A DNA stretch of 64,000 nt from an uncultured Pseudomonadota bacterium (GTDB taxonomy: Bacteria; Oederibacteriota; Muellerivitia; Muellerivitales; Muellerivitaceae). This document shows positions 28,668 to 38,872 of the stretch, one piece after another. The stretch is from assembly GCA_963836235.1 (NCBI GenBank), contig CAWIIP010000005.1, positions 224,001 to 288,000 on the forward strand, given 5' to 3'. A program made the position numbers and the translations under genes. The stretch's first letter is position 1, and every line of letters begins with the position of its first letter. The notes under the pieces are model-generated. The model ran no database searches, had not been told where the DNA came from, and worked only from the letters and a program-made list of their open reading frames with translations.

Positions 28668-29258
28668 CTATGGCTGGTTCTTCAAAGGCCCGGCGGCCTT
28701 GTAAGCATTCATCAGGATGCCCGTGGGGAAAGAACGGGTGCTTATAAGTTCGAACGAGCGCGGTGGGGTCCCCTCCGCGAAAATGCGCTTTCCCTTTCCC
28801 AGAAGGACCGGATCGACGAGCAGTAGCAGCTCATCCGCGAGGCCGTGCTCCAGCAGGGGTGATATCAGCGATATGCTACCGCAAAGGACCAAGTTAGGGC
28901 CCTCCTGCGACTTGACACGGCGAACGCCCTCGATCATGTCCGGCCCGATGGCCTCGGAAGGGCCCCACTCCAGGCCTTCCGGCCGGTGGGTCACGACGTA
29001 TTTCTTCGCGCCGTTGATCGCGTCCGCCATCGGACTGCTCGGCATCTTCGGCCAGAAGCTTGAAAAGTAATCGTAGGTGCGCCGGCCCAACAGCAGGTCG
29101 AATTTCCCACCATAGGCCGCGAGCACCGCGTCTCGGCCCTCAGGGGTACGGTAGGGCCCCGACCAGTCGCCGTAGGGGAAATCCTTGTCGTCGCCCGGGG
29201 CGCCAACCTGGATCACGCCGTCCAACGAAATATGATTGGCGATCTTCAGTTTTCTCAT
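28668..29258 (-). CDS. Dihydrofolate reductase / RibD C-terminal family protein
   Basis: MRKL....ISLDGV, LLGRRTY, GS..L...L...L.DEL.L.V.PV.LG.GKR.F. Confidence 0.88.
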   Translation of the reverse strand: MRKLKIANHISLDGVIQVGAPGDDKDFPYGDWSGPYRTPEGRDAVLAAYGGKFDLLLGRRTYDYFSSFWPKMPSSPMADAINGAKKYVVTHRPEGLEWGPSEAIGPDMIEGVRRVKSQEGPNLVLCGSISLISPLLEHGLADELLLLVDPVLLGKGKRIFAEGTPPRSFELISTRSFPTGILMNAYKAAGPLKNQP

Positions 29259-29350
29259 TTTGTGTCCTCCTTCACAGGCTCTTGTCGTTCACACGGGTTA
29301 CCATCGTGCGTAAATAAAGGGGCCAGGGTTTTCCCTAACCTCCGATTTGG

Positions 29351-29380
29351 TTGTCCACGATGGGTCCCTGTCGTGGACAA
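29351..29380. repeat. Cassette-boundary site 4
   Basis: TTGTCCACGAT-GGGTCCCT-GTCGTGGACAA. Confidence 0.88.
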
Positions 29381-29414
29381 CTAATTTATAGGTTTTTCAA
29401 AAAGACGGTAAAAC

Positions 29415-29450
29415 AAAAGAACCCGACTTATCCCCAAGTCGGGTTCTTTT
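29415..29450. terminator. Intrinsic terminator after PEGA gene
   Basis: AAAAGAACCCGACTT...AAGTCGGGTTCTTTT. Confidence 0.75.
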
Positions 29451-29519
29451 GTTACGGACAAAATGGAAAGTGTCTAACCCTGTTTGTTCTTCTTAAGGTT
29501 CGACTCTTTGTTATCAAAA

Positions 29520-29879
29520 CTATTTTTTGTCCAGCAAAACTTTGAGATTTCCTTTATCAAGATCATTCCAATTTGACGTTGCAGCATCAACCACTAAAGG
29601 AACTAATCCAAAGAGATCAAGAATCAATAAACCTGGCACTAATTGAGATTGAATTATTGCAGTTTTTTCTTCATACCCTTCTTTTTTAAAAGTTAAATTT
29701 GCAGAATGCTTTTTTTCCATCTCGACATTTATTGGGGTTTTACCGACACGATTACCATCTACATAGACATCGGCACCTTGAGGATCAGAATCCAACATTA
29801 CGGGTTTTAGATTTCTATTAAATAGGGTGCCGCACCCGGTCGTTGCAATTAACAAAACAATGCTTATCAAATAACGCAT
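29520..29879 (-). CDS. PEGA-domain lipoprotein
   Basis: Lipobox TTGC; SDPQGADVYVDGNRVGKTP...KKEGY. Confidence 0.8.
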   Translation of the reverse strand: MRYLISIVLLIATTGCGTLFNRNLKPVMLDSDPQGADVYVDGNRVGKTPINVEMEKKHSANLTFKKEGYEEKTAIIQSQLVPGLLILDLFGLVPLVVDAATSNWNDLDKGNLKVLLDKK

Positions 29880-29908
29880 TTAATTACCCCCTCAATTTGG
29901 ATTCTAAA

Positions 29909-31611
29909 CCCGGATTTCCCAGATGGAATTTCCTTTCGAGTATAATAAGACAACGTTTGGCCATATAAACAAAGGTTTTTCTTCGTGTTGGGGAACATGA
30001 GAGGGGGAAATGCAATGGGTGAAGGCGGAAAAGACGCTCTTCGGGTGGTTTTTGACCCTGGCCTCAAGTTGGAGTTCCATGGTGCGAAGGTCACTTCCGA
30101 TGGCGGGTTGATTCCCTATCGCGAACTCGACGAAGCTTTTGGTTTGACTGACAGAACAGAAAACATCCTTTGGGATCGGCGGACCGGTAAGAATACGCAA
30201 CACACGATTACGGCGCTTCTTCGCCAGTCGGTATTCAGCCGCTTGGCCGGTTATGAGGATACCAACGACGCAGAACGCCTGAGTGTCGATCCTGCGATGC
30301 GGCATGTGATCGGAGGACGGGCCAGGGAAAAACAGGCCGCCTCCACCAGCCAGATGGGTCGTTTCGAGACGGAGGTCCTCACCCAGTCGAAGAATTTGAC
30401 CGGCTTAATTGACTTATCGGGCCAATGGATCGATGGAGTCCATGAGAAAAAGCCCATACAACAGATCATCCTCGACATGGATAGCTCAGTGAGCGAGACC
30501 TACGGGGATCAGGAAGGTTCCTTGTACAACGGTTACTTTGGCTGTACCTGTTACCATCCCCTGTTTTGCTTCAACCAGTTCGGCGATTTGGAACGGGCTA
30601 TGTTGCGCAACGGCAATGTGGCCAGTGCCCACGAATGGCGTTCGGTTCTTGAACCGGTAGTTGCCCGCTACCGGGGTCTTTCCATCAGCCGGTTTTTCCG
30701 GGGTGACGCGGCTTTCGCCCGTCAGGAACTATACGAATACCTAGAAGACGAAGGATATCTTTACGCGATCCGCCAACCTGCCAATGCCATACTCCAACGG
30801 GAAATCGAGCCATTTTTAACCCGTCCCGTGGGCCGCCCCTCCCACAAGCCGGTTGTCCGGTTTCACAGCTTCCAATACCAAGCCGTCAGCTGGGACAAAC
30901 CCCGCCGCGTGGTGGCGAAGATCGAACATCACAACGGGGAATTGTTCCCAAAGGTGGGTTTCATCGTAACGAACATGCGACGACCGGCACCCCAGGTGGT
31001 GAAATTCTACAACGGAAGAGGCACGGCTGAGCAGTGGATCAAAGAGGGAAAGTATGCGATGAAGTGGACAAGACTAAGCTGCCACGACTTCGCGGACAAC
31101 CAAGTGCGCTTACAACTATTCGCCCTGGCCTACAATCTGGGCAACTTCCTGCGCCGACTGGCACTGCCAGAACTGGTGAAACATTGGTCGCTAACGACCT
31201 TGAGGGAAAAACTCATCAAGATCGGGGCTAATGTCATCCGTCATTCGCGGTACGTTATTTTCCAGATGGCGGAGGTGATGGTTTCCCGACGCCTGTTTGC
31301 TGAAATCCTCAATCGGATACGGCTACTGGCAATGGTAAGGCCGCGAGCGCCAGTACTGCGATAACCGCAGGAAGGCATCAAGGCTTCAACCCGAGCGACT
31401 ACCGCAGGATAGGTGTGCGCTCACAACGAGAATTGGCTTTCCAGAAGGTCAATTTCAGCTTTTTTGGGCACAGAAACCTTTTCCTGGGGCTTATTTCAGT
31501 GGCCCAGGACGGAAAATTCCGGATTCGGATGGAAGAAGCGGGGGGGGGCGATATAATGAGAAACAAATTACCCGGCAATGTTTTCAGAGAAGGTCATCTG
31601 GGAAATTCCGG
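29909..31611 (+). mobile_element. IS1380 family insertion sequence
   Basis: IRs CCCGGATTTCCCAGATG / CATCTGGGAAATTCCGG; flanks CTAAA/CTAGA (imperfect TSD). Confidence 0.88.
30015..31364 (+). CDS. IS1380 family DDE transposase
   Basis: TSDGGL, GYEDTNDA..L..DP, LDMDS, FRGDAAF, YNGRGTAEQWIKEGK. Confidence 0.93.
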   Translation: MGEGGKDALRVVFDPGLKLEFHGAKVTSDGGLIPYRELDEAFGLTDRTENILWDRRTGKNTQHTITALLRQSVFSRLAGYEDTNDAERLSVDPAMRHVIGGRAREKQAASTSQMGRFETEVLTQSKNLTGLIDLSGQWIDGVHEKKPIQQIILDMDSSVSETYGDQEGSLYNGYFGCTCYHPLFCFNQFGDLERAMLRNGNVASAHEWRSVLEPVVARYRGLSISRFFRGDAAFARQELYEYLEDEGYLYAIRQPANAILQREIEPFLTRPVGRPSHKPVVRFHSFQYQAVSWDKPRRVVAKIEHHNGELFPKVGFIVTNMRRPAPQVVKFYNGRGTAEQWIKEGKYAMKWTRLSCHDFADNQVRLQLFALAYNLGNFLRRLALPELVKHWSLTTLREKLIKIGANVIRHSRYVIFQMAEVMVSRRLFAEILNRIRLLAMVRPRAPVLR

Positions 31612-31683
31612 CTAGAACAAATTATTAACCTGCGTTATCAGCGAACCCTTTTGAGGCTGTTTTTTTTGTTGGAGGTTTTCAGA

Positions 31684-34182
31684 ATGTTTATTCTCAAAAG
31701 TCTCTCCGGCGTTTTTTATTTTTCACTTTTTTTAATTCTCTCCCTGGCAGTTTGTGAAAGCGGGTTCGCTCAAAGCCCGCCGGTTTTAAAGCCGATAAAA
31801 AAATCCCCGCCCCAAACCTTTACCGCCCAAGAGCTGACCGAAGCCATCCGCGGCGCGGGACTGCTTTTAAATCCGAAAATTCAATTTTTCCAGCCGGTGG
31901 TATCGGCCCCCAGAAAAAGCGTTCCCAAGGCCGCCAATAAAAAATTAGTTCCGTCCCTGGACAAAAACGCGTCTCTCAAGGCCATGGAGGATTTACAGGC
32001 GAGGACCCAGGGGAATCCCCAAATGCTGCAAAGTCTTCTTTATTCGGCTTTTTACGCCAACCATAAAAGTCAGTTGGCCGGGATTAAAAAAAACGGGACG
32101 AAAAAATACAAGGTCAAGCAGATTACTTTCGGCGGGGTTGATTTGAAATCGAACGCGGTGACTTACCAGCTCAATCCCGGAATTCTGAACGCCATTGAGG
32201 GTTCGGCCCCGGCGGGCAGTTATTCGCCCGATTCGATGGAAACGGTTCCCGTCGACCTGCTTCCCACCCAGTGGAGTGAAATTAATTCTCCGTCCATTTG
32301 TATCCAGGGACCCGCTTACATGTCGACCGTCAGTAACGTCAGTAATTGGAATCCTTCTCTCTTCTTCGCGGGACCGAGCCAGCCCGCCTTTTTCGTCAAT
32401 AGCACCCTGGCGGCCAGCGCGGGCATTTCAAACGCTCCCGTCATTACGGTGCCCAGCACGGCGGTTATTTTCAGCGTCTTTTGCCGCTATATCGACGATT
32501 CGTCCATTGATATGGGTCCGTATTTCAACGGGAACTACGGACACTATGAGATGAAGGTGCAAACGATGCAGTTTGATTTTTTGGGAACTCCTGTTTTAGA
32601 TGGTACCGGGAATGTGATTTGGAACGACGCCAGCGGCGTCCGCCAATTGAATCTTTGCGGTTCCACCGCGGCCAGCGACCCCTTTTTGCCCTATAACGAC
32701 AACCCTTCCGCCCCGGTGAATGGGTCCACCCAGGCGGTTCTTGCCTCGACGGCTTATTTTAACAATCCGGCGAACCTGGTGCGGATCGCCTATCGTTACT
32801 ATTTGGGAAACGCCAACAATAGCTACGACACACCGGCCAATAGCCCGGGAGTGATAAACGGCGGCTTCCAATTTCATGCGACGATGCCCGCTTCCTGGAA
32901 CGGGTCGACGGCCAATACCACCGACTGGATTTACTCGAGCCCGTTTGAAGTCGATATCACGCCCAGCGAGCTGATCCAATTGAAGTATCTGCCCCTGGCC
33001 ATTCTTTACGCGCCCCCGGGCAATTCCAGCGCCGCCACGTTCACGAATTCCAACTCGATCTCAAACGTGATCAGTCTGAACCAAAGTCTGGGGAGCCAGT
33101 TTCAAAACAGCAACTCCACCAGCCACACGGTTCAAAATTTATCCCAATTCGGATTTCAATTTTCGGCGCCCGTGCTGGGCGCGGTCGAGGTCGGCGGGTC
33201 AACCCAGGGCACCCAGGAGTGGGACTTTACCACCACCCAGACCAACACCGCGACGAACGACACCCTGGACTCGATGACTTCGGTTTTCGGCACGACCATC
33301 TCATTTTTCTACACCGCGTTAAACATGCCGGGGAGCGACCAGGAAACGGTTTCGCAGGAACCATTCTGGTCGGATCTTTTTATTCTGATCACGCATCCCC
33401 AATTCGCCATTTGGAATTACGCGTCCGTGACGCCCGCGGACGGACCGGCCTTAAATGAGGTGACGATGATTTCCAGCAACGCCTCTTATTTTCCCTCGAT
33501 CAATGTGGCGGAGCTGGCGGACTGCGCCACGGGGGGGGCGGGCCCCTGCGTCTTTACCGAGAATAATCCCGCGTTCGTCGATAATTTGTACTCCTATGAC
33601 TGCCAGCAGTTTTTGGAGCTGGACCCCTTTTACATGGATCAATGGCAGGGCTGGCCGGGAAGCGTGTGGAACACTGCCGCGGGAAAATACGAGTTCGTGA
33701 CCAACACCGGCGGGCGGGCCTGCACCATCGGGGCTTTTAATACGGCCACAGAAAAAGGAGGCCAGTTTTATGGCGTCGATATCGGCCAGGTGTTGAAAAA
33801 CGAGGTTGACCAAACCGATAGTTTTGAAACCAATTACAACGGAACGGTGGAATCCCAATATAAGACAACCATGAATTCCGACGGGACTATCGGGCTTAAC
33901 CAGGAAAAATTCGGCGTCAATACCACCAACGGCCAATCCACGTCGAACACCGCAAGTTTGCTGGTGAACGAAAAGGCCGCCATCACTAACGGCGCGGTGA
34001 CCGAGATTGTGGTCGGCGGACAGGTGGGGGATACCAAGGGACAGATTGATTTTTTCGCTTATCGGGATTTGGTCTTTAAGGGCGTAATGTTTCAGGATAT
34101 CAATGAGACCGCGCCATTTAGACCCGTGAGTATTCTGATCCTCAAAAAACAGCCGTATAAAATCCTCCCCCCTGCGAACTAG
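31684..34182 (+). CDS. Large secreted hypothetical protein, Ser/Thr-rich beta segments
   Basis: GGAGG SD, signal peptide ending GFA-Q, 832 aa; ILYAPPG motif. Confidence 0.7.
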   Translation: MFILKSLSGVFYFSLFLILSLAVCESGFAQSPPVLKPIKKSPPQTFTAQELTEAIRGAGLLLNPKIQFFQPVVSAPRKSVPKAANKKLVPSLDKNASLKAMEDLQARTQGNPQMLQSLLYSAFYANHKSQLAGIKKNGTKKYKVKQITFGGVDLKSNAVTYQLNPGILNAIEGSAPAGSYSPDSMETVPVDLLPTQWSEINSPSICIQGPAYMSTVSNVSNWNPSLFFAGPSQPAFFVNSTLAASAGISNAPVITVPSTAVIFSVFCRYIDDSSIDMGPYFNGNYGHYEMKVQTMQFDFLGTPVLDGTGNVIWNDASGVRQLNLCGSTAASDPFLPYNDNPSAPVNGSTQAVLASTAYFNNPANLVRIAYRYYLGNANNSYDTPANSPGVINGGFQFHATMPASWNGSTANTTDWIYSSPFEVDITPSELIQLKYLPLAILYAPPGNSSAATFTNSNSISNVISLNQSLGSQFQNSNSTSHTVQNLSQFGFQFSAPVLGAVEVGGSTQGTQEWDFTTTQTNTATNDTLDSMTSVFGTTISFFYTALNMPGSDQETVSQEPFWSDLFILITHPQFAIWNYASVTPADGPALNEVTMISSNASYFPSINVAELADCATGGAGPCVFTENNPAFVDNLYSYDCQQFLELDPFYMDQWQGWPGSVWNTAAGKYEFVTNTGGRACTIGAFNTATEKGGQFYGVDIGQVLKNEVDQTDSFETNYNGTVESQYKTTMNSDGTIGLNQEKFGVNTTNGQSTSNTASLLVNEKAAITNGAVTEIVVGGQVGDTKGQIDFFAYRDLVFKGVMFQDINETAPFRPVSILILKKQPYKILPPAN

Positions 34183-34250
34183 GGGGGGGTCCAATTTAAT
34201 TTTGAAAAAAGGGTTCGATTTTGGGTTTGTTTTAGCGAAAGGTGGTTTGT

Positions 34251-34640
34251 ATGGCCGACAGTTATTTCTTACCGACTAGTTTTAAGTGGGGCGCCATCGG
34301 CGGTTTTCTTGCCGTCGGGGGAGGGGTTATCGCCATCGTGGCCGCCGTAGGGGGCTCTCCGATTTGGGTCATCATCGGCGGCGGCGCGGCGTTAGCGGGG
34401 GGTATGTTGACCGTTCTTTCTGCGGCATTGCAATGGTTGGAGGATCACGATCCTAACCAGAATCCCGGATCAGGCGTGGTTCCGACGTCGGGGCCGGTAG
34501 GACCGGTGAGAGGACCTGGATCGGGCTCCGGACTTGGGTCGGGAGTTGGATCAGGGTTTGGGTCGGGATTTGGGTCGGGATTCACTCCTGGATCAGGGAT
34601 TGGAACGGGAGTGGGTCCTGTTGGACCAGGATCGGGATAG
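34251..34640 (+). CDS. Gly-rich hydrophobic-hairpin peptide with GSG-repeat tail
   Basis: GAIGGFLAVGGGVIA...GGGAALAGG; tail GSGLGSGVGSGFGSGFGSGF. Confidence 0.6.
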   Translation: MADSYFLPTSFKWGAIGGFLAVGGGVIAIVAAVGGSPIWVIIGGGAALAGGMLTVLSAALQWLEDHDPNQNPGSGVVPTSGPVGPVRGPGSGSGLGSGVGSGFGSGFGSGFTPGSGIGTGVGPVGPGSG

Positions 34641-34716
34641 TCCGTGGAATGGCGGCGCGTTATGGTACCGTCAAGGGCTGGTGCGGCCCACTTTTAGCGG
34701 TTACGGGAATGATGAT

Positions 34717-35463
34717 ATGAGTCCTGAGGAAGCCTGCGTCCGGAAAAAAAGAGATTCGTTTTTCGAGTTTTCAAGCCGGGTGAAATCCTTTCGTGAATCG
34801 CTGAAAAACCGAATCCTGGAATTTTGGTATCCCCCTTTGCGTAGCTTTAAAGATGTTCACCAGGGAAAGGCTTTCATCGTTTGCGGATGCGGGCAATCGG
34901 CGGGCAATTTCAAAAAGCCCACCTCGGCTTTGACCATTGGAGTAAATGATTTTGGAAGAAATTTTGACCCTGATTATCTTTTGGTGATGGATCCCCCTAA
35001 AACGTTTACACCGGAGCGGTTCCACTACATTGAAAATTCCAGGGCGAGGTACGTTTTTTCGGACCAATACTTTGATTTGCGGCGCTCCCAATTAGTCCGG
35101 TTTAAATTACGGCAGGCCGCCAAACCTCAATTTGACGACCCCAATTGGCTTTTCTATATCGATAAACCGATCACCTCACCCTTTATGGCGGTGACCCTGG
35201 CCGCGCATATGGGGGCGGGCCTGATTGGACTGATAGGCGTTGACTATACCGAGAATCACTTTTTCGCGGCAACTGGTACCCATGTGCTTACTCCCCACCT
35301 TGCGGGTATCGACCGGCGATTCCTTCTTCTTCTGAATGCGCTTCAAAGCCTCGGGATAAAATTCTTCAATTTAAGCCCGGAGAGTCTTTTGCGGTCGGTG
35401 CCGAAAATTTCAATGAACGATTTTACCGCTGAGGTCGGAAGGTTAAGGGTACCTCGCCGATAA
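34717..35463 (+). CDS. DUF115/Maf-like putative glycosyltransferase
   Basis: FKDVHQGKAFIVCGCGQS, TIGVN, PDYLLVMD, AAHMGA..IGLIGVDY, FNLS. Confidence 0.65.
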   Translation: MSPEEACVRKKRDSFFEFSSRVKSFRESLKNRILEFWYPPLRSFKDVHQGKAFIVCGCGQSAGNFKKPTSALTIGVNDFGRNFDPDYLLVMDPPKTFTPERFHYIENSRARYVFSDQYFDLRRSQLVRFKLRQAAKPQFDDPNWLFYIDKPITSPFMAVTLAAHMGAGLIGLIGVDYTENHFFAATGTHVLTPHLAGIDRRFLLLLNALQSLGIKFFNLSPESLLRSVPKISMNDFTAEVGRLRVPRR

Positions 35464-36182
35464 CATTGGCTTATTAATTGAAATGGAATCTCGTTGGGGT
35501 GTGTTGAGGTTTAGCGGTGGACTTTTCCCCGGCGATACAAGACCGATAACGGGGATGCGGTGGCGGAGCAGGATGTGGCGGATATTTATCAGGCAAAATC
35601 CGATTGGCGAAACCGCGAGAAAATAGACGTCTGGTTTGGAACCTATCTGGAAAGCGGAAGGTCTTTTACGGCCCCAAAACCCTGAGATTGAAAAAGGGGA
35701 AAAGACTTTCATCCATCGCTTGCTGACAGCTCTCTGTTCAAAAAAACCAAGGCATTACTCATGCCAATTTCTGGTTTGAATAAGACCTAAATGCCCGTTC
35801 TTTACCAAGTTCTTTTTTCGAAATCTGAATTTTTTCATAAACGTGTTCTGGATCATAACGCCCTTTATCCCTAAGTTTTAACTTATAAGCAGCATCCAAA
35901 AAGGAGCACCCATTTCCCATAATATTTCTGAAATGGGCATATCCAACTTAAAGGAAGTGTCCGACTGGGTGATGTCCCGTTAACTTCCTTCGCTTCTTTT
36001 CGTCCTCCATCAACGGGACATAAAAAACGGACATCCAAAATTTAGTCGTAACTTCCCAGGGGGCAAAGCGGATATGGTTAGGTAATCGAAATCCAATCAG
36101 TTAATGGTTGGGGTCCCACTTCCGTCAAACGCTTTGCGGCGGGGAACCATTGGGTTTTAGAAGCCTATCCTGGAGGCCGGTC

Positions 36183-37469
36183 ATGATTCGTTATTTGTTT
36201 TTCCCCGCGCTTTTGATCCTGGGAGTTTTGTCCATCCCGGCCTGCGGCAGTAAGAGCAGCCCTTCCACCCCTTCCGGCAATTCCAACCCGGGCCCGACTT
36301 CCACCTTCACTTCCATTCCGTGCGTGAACGCCAGCGACACTCCCTGCACCTCCACCGCTACCCCCACCTTTACGGCCACTTCCACAACCACCTCCACCCC
36401 GACGGCCACCCATAGCCCCACCTTCACCCCAACCCGCACGCCGACCCTGACGCCCACCGTCACCCCCACGCCGACCTTGACCCCGACCTCCACCCCCACC
36501 TTTACGGCCACCTCCTCGGCGACCCTGACGGATACTTCGACCATCACTTTGACCCCGACGGCCACTGAAACCTCCACTCCCTCCCCCACGGCCACAAATT
36601 CGCCGACGGGGACTCCGACGCCCACGGTGACCTCCACCTCCACCCCCTTCAGCCAAGGGGTCTCGATCAATTTGACGACCTCGGTGCCTGGCGTGACGAC
36701 GGAGAGTCCGGGCCTTATCCGTTACGCGTCCGGCGGGGACTTATGGATCACGGCGATCCAGGGGGATTACCTCCAGGAATGGACGACCCTGGGCGGATCG
36801 CCCGTTACCATCATGCAAACGGTCGCCGGGCTGGATTGGACGGCCTTGACCGGCCTGGGGATCGATCCCCATAACGGCAATATTTATGTGGCCAATTACT
36901 TGGGAACAGATGTGTTGAACTCCTCCGGCCAGTATTTGGTTGGTTTCCAGGAAACGGGCTATGAGACCCTCGCGGATGTCGCGGTGAATTCCCAGGGGAC
37001 GACCTTTTACGGTGTCGACAACAACGACACCAACCAGTTCTTCACGGGCGCCATCGGCGGTACGGCCGCCAGCCCCACCTTTACCTTTACCGGCAGCGCC
37101 ATGGTGGGAACCTCGGCGGATTCAATCCAGGGTTTCAGTTTCGATTCCTCCGGCAACCTCTGGATGGCCAGCGAACGTCCCGGCGGCATCGGTTCGGTCA
37201 TCGAATACAGCGCGGACCTCACCACCCTACTGACCCGGATTAACCTTCCCGGCTTGGACCAGCCCGCCGACGTGGCGGTGGATTCCTCCGGCAATGTTTT
37301 CGTCGCCGATACCACGGGGGATGAGGTTTTGGAATACGACTCCTCGGGCCTCCTGGTCAACAGCTTCGGGAAAGCCACCACCAGCCCCAGGGGCCTGACT
37401 CTCGATGGGGCGGGCAATCTTTATGTCGCTTATGCGGGCAACTATGTCCTTGGCTTCAAGGTCAATTGA
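36183..37469 (+). CDS. Lipoprotein with Thr/Pro stalk and NHL-repeat propeller
   Basis: Lipobox IPAC; TPTxTPT repeats; [16 protein letters not shown]. Confidence 0.8.
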   Translation: MIRYLFFPALLILGVLSIPACGSKSSPSTPSGNSNPGPTSTFTSIPCVNASDTPCTSTATPTFTATSTTTSTPTATHSPTFTPTRTPTLTPTVTPTPTLTPTSTPTFTATSSATLTDTSTITLTPTATETSTPSPTATNSPTGTPTPTVTSTSTPFSQGVSINLTTSVPGVTTESPGLIRYASGGDLWITAIQGDYLQEWTTLGGSPVTIMQTVAGLDWTALTGLGIDPHNGNIYVANYLGTDVLNSSGQYLVGFQETGYETLADVAVNSQGTTFYGVDNNDTNQFFTGAIGGTAASPTFTFTGSAMVGTSADSIQGFSFDSSGNLWMASERPGGIGSVIEYSADLTTLLTRINLPGLDQPADVAVDSSGNVFVADTTGDEVLEYDSSGLLVNSFGKATTSPRGLTLDGAGNLYVAYAGNYVLGFKVN

Positions 37470-37559
37470 GCCGGGTTGAGAAAGGCTTTGAGGCGAGTTT
37501 GGGCGTTTGTTTTTTCCAATAAATAAAAAAGGCAGTTCATCATAAAAAGGAGTTTTTCC

Positions 37560-38774
37560 ATGAGAAAGCTTTGGATGGGGTTGTTCAGCGTCTTGTTGAC
37601 AGGGGGAATGGCGCTATCGTTCGTCTCCTGCGGCAGTAAAAAATCGAGCCCGACTTCGCCCTCCGGGCCGACGGGCACGCCGGTGCTTTACCTCTACGCT
37701 TCCAACACGACGGCCGCGACGAATTACCAGAATTTGCTCAATGCCAACGGCTATAACTGCACGACGGCCACCTTGGCCAACGCCACCAACGACAGCCTCG
37801 CCACCCTGGCCGCTTACAGCGTCATCTTGGTCAGCGACGACGCCCAGGCCATCACGGCCCTGGCCAATACGACGCTCGCCACCAATATCTTCAACTCCAA
37901 CAAGCCGGTGATCGGCATCGGCAAGGCGGGAAGCTACTTTTTCGACGAGGTAGGCGTCACTTCCATTGGGTACATCAACTCCGGCACCACCTCGGGAACC
38001 GAAGTGACCGCGCTCAACACCGCGGACACCCTCTGGACCAGCCCCAATACCATCTCCCCCACCACCGCCGCCGTCCTCTACTCCAGCGCATCGAGTTACT
38101 ACTCGCCCTATTACACCGGCACGCCCGCCGCCGGGACGGTTTTGGAAGCCTTTGATCCCGGCAGCGCCAACTACTATCCCATCGCGAATTTCTTCACCGG
38201 GACCACGACTTATTTCGTGTGGGGCTACCAAACCGATCCCTCCGGCATGACGGCCACCGGAAAGAGCCTGTTCATCAACCTGATGAAGAAGGCCCAGGCG
38301 GAGCCCAAGCGGCTGATCAACTACACGGAAACCAGCGGGGGCGGGAGCAGCATCAGCGACGGGCTGGACATCGTCTCCTATCCGGGAACCAGCCTGGCCA
38401 GCATTGTCCTGTGGATCTCCACCAACACCGCCGGCTCCTTCACCTATAACCTGGTGGCTTTTGATGACTGTTTCACCGGCACCAGCCTCGGCAACGCCAC
38501 CAGCGCCACCGTCGTCCAGGACGGGACACCGGCGGATAACCAACCCGTCACCTTCAGTTTCGCGTCCAACCCGGCGGTGCCTAAGGGCGACGCGGTGGCC
38601 ATGATCTTGACCCAGGCCTCCGGCCCCAGCGCTCCCTCCTATTTCTCCGTCACGGGCAATTTCGGCGGCTTGACGGGATCGGCGATCGGGGTCAACGACC
38701 TCAGCGGCAATGGGGGTTGCTTGAGCACCCTCAAGACCAATGGATATGCCATCTTATTGAACGGCAATCCCTAA
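37560..38774 (+). CDS. Hypothetical lipoprotein
   Basis: Lipobox FVSC; paralog of next gene. Confidence 0.75.
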   Translation: MRKLWMGLFSVLLTGGMALSFVSCGSKKSSPTSPSGPTGTPVLYLYASNTTAATNYQNLLNANGYNCTTATLANATNDSLATLAAYSVILVSDDAQAITALANTTLATNIFNSNKPVIGIGKAGSYFFDEVGVTSIGYINSGTTSGTEVTALNTADTLWTSPNTISPTTAAVLYSSASSYYSPYYTGTPAAGTVLEAFDPGSANYYPIANFFTGTTTYFVWGYQTDPSGMTATGKSLFINLMKKAQAEPKRLINYTETSGGGSSISDGLDIVSYPGTSLASIVLWISTNTAGSFTYNLVAFDDCFTGTSLGNATSATVVQDGTPADNQPVTFSFASNPAVPKGDAVAMILTQASGPSAPSYFSVTGNFGGLTGSAIGVNDLSGNGGCLSTLKTNGYAILLNGNP

Positions 38775-38872
38775 GACCGGATTGGGGCTTAAACCATGCG
38801 TCCCGGGGCTTTTTAAGGGCCCTGGACGCTGGTTTTTTACCGGCAAAATTTGAATTTTTTAGGAGTCGAACC

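Noticed and set aside
28668-29258. Trimethoprim-resistance dfr gene
   Set aside because: Sequence fits the broad RibD C-terminal-like family, not FolA/DfrA; resistance cannot be inferred
27270-29380. CRISPR array
   Set aside because: Repeats are 30 bp and palindromic, but the intervals are 630-690 bp and contain whole genes; no cas genes
27270-29380. Classical integron attC array or canonical dif sites
   Set aside because: Sites are much shorter than attC and lack the RYYYAAC...GTTRRRY order; no IntI-like gene; no resemblance to the XerC/XerD dif consensus
28631-29380. DnaA boxes / replication origin (TTGTCCAC resembles a DnaA box)
   Set aside because: They occur only as arms of a fixed-core palindrome between cargo genes, not clustered as in oriC
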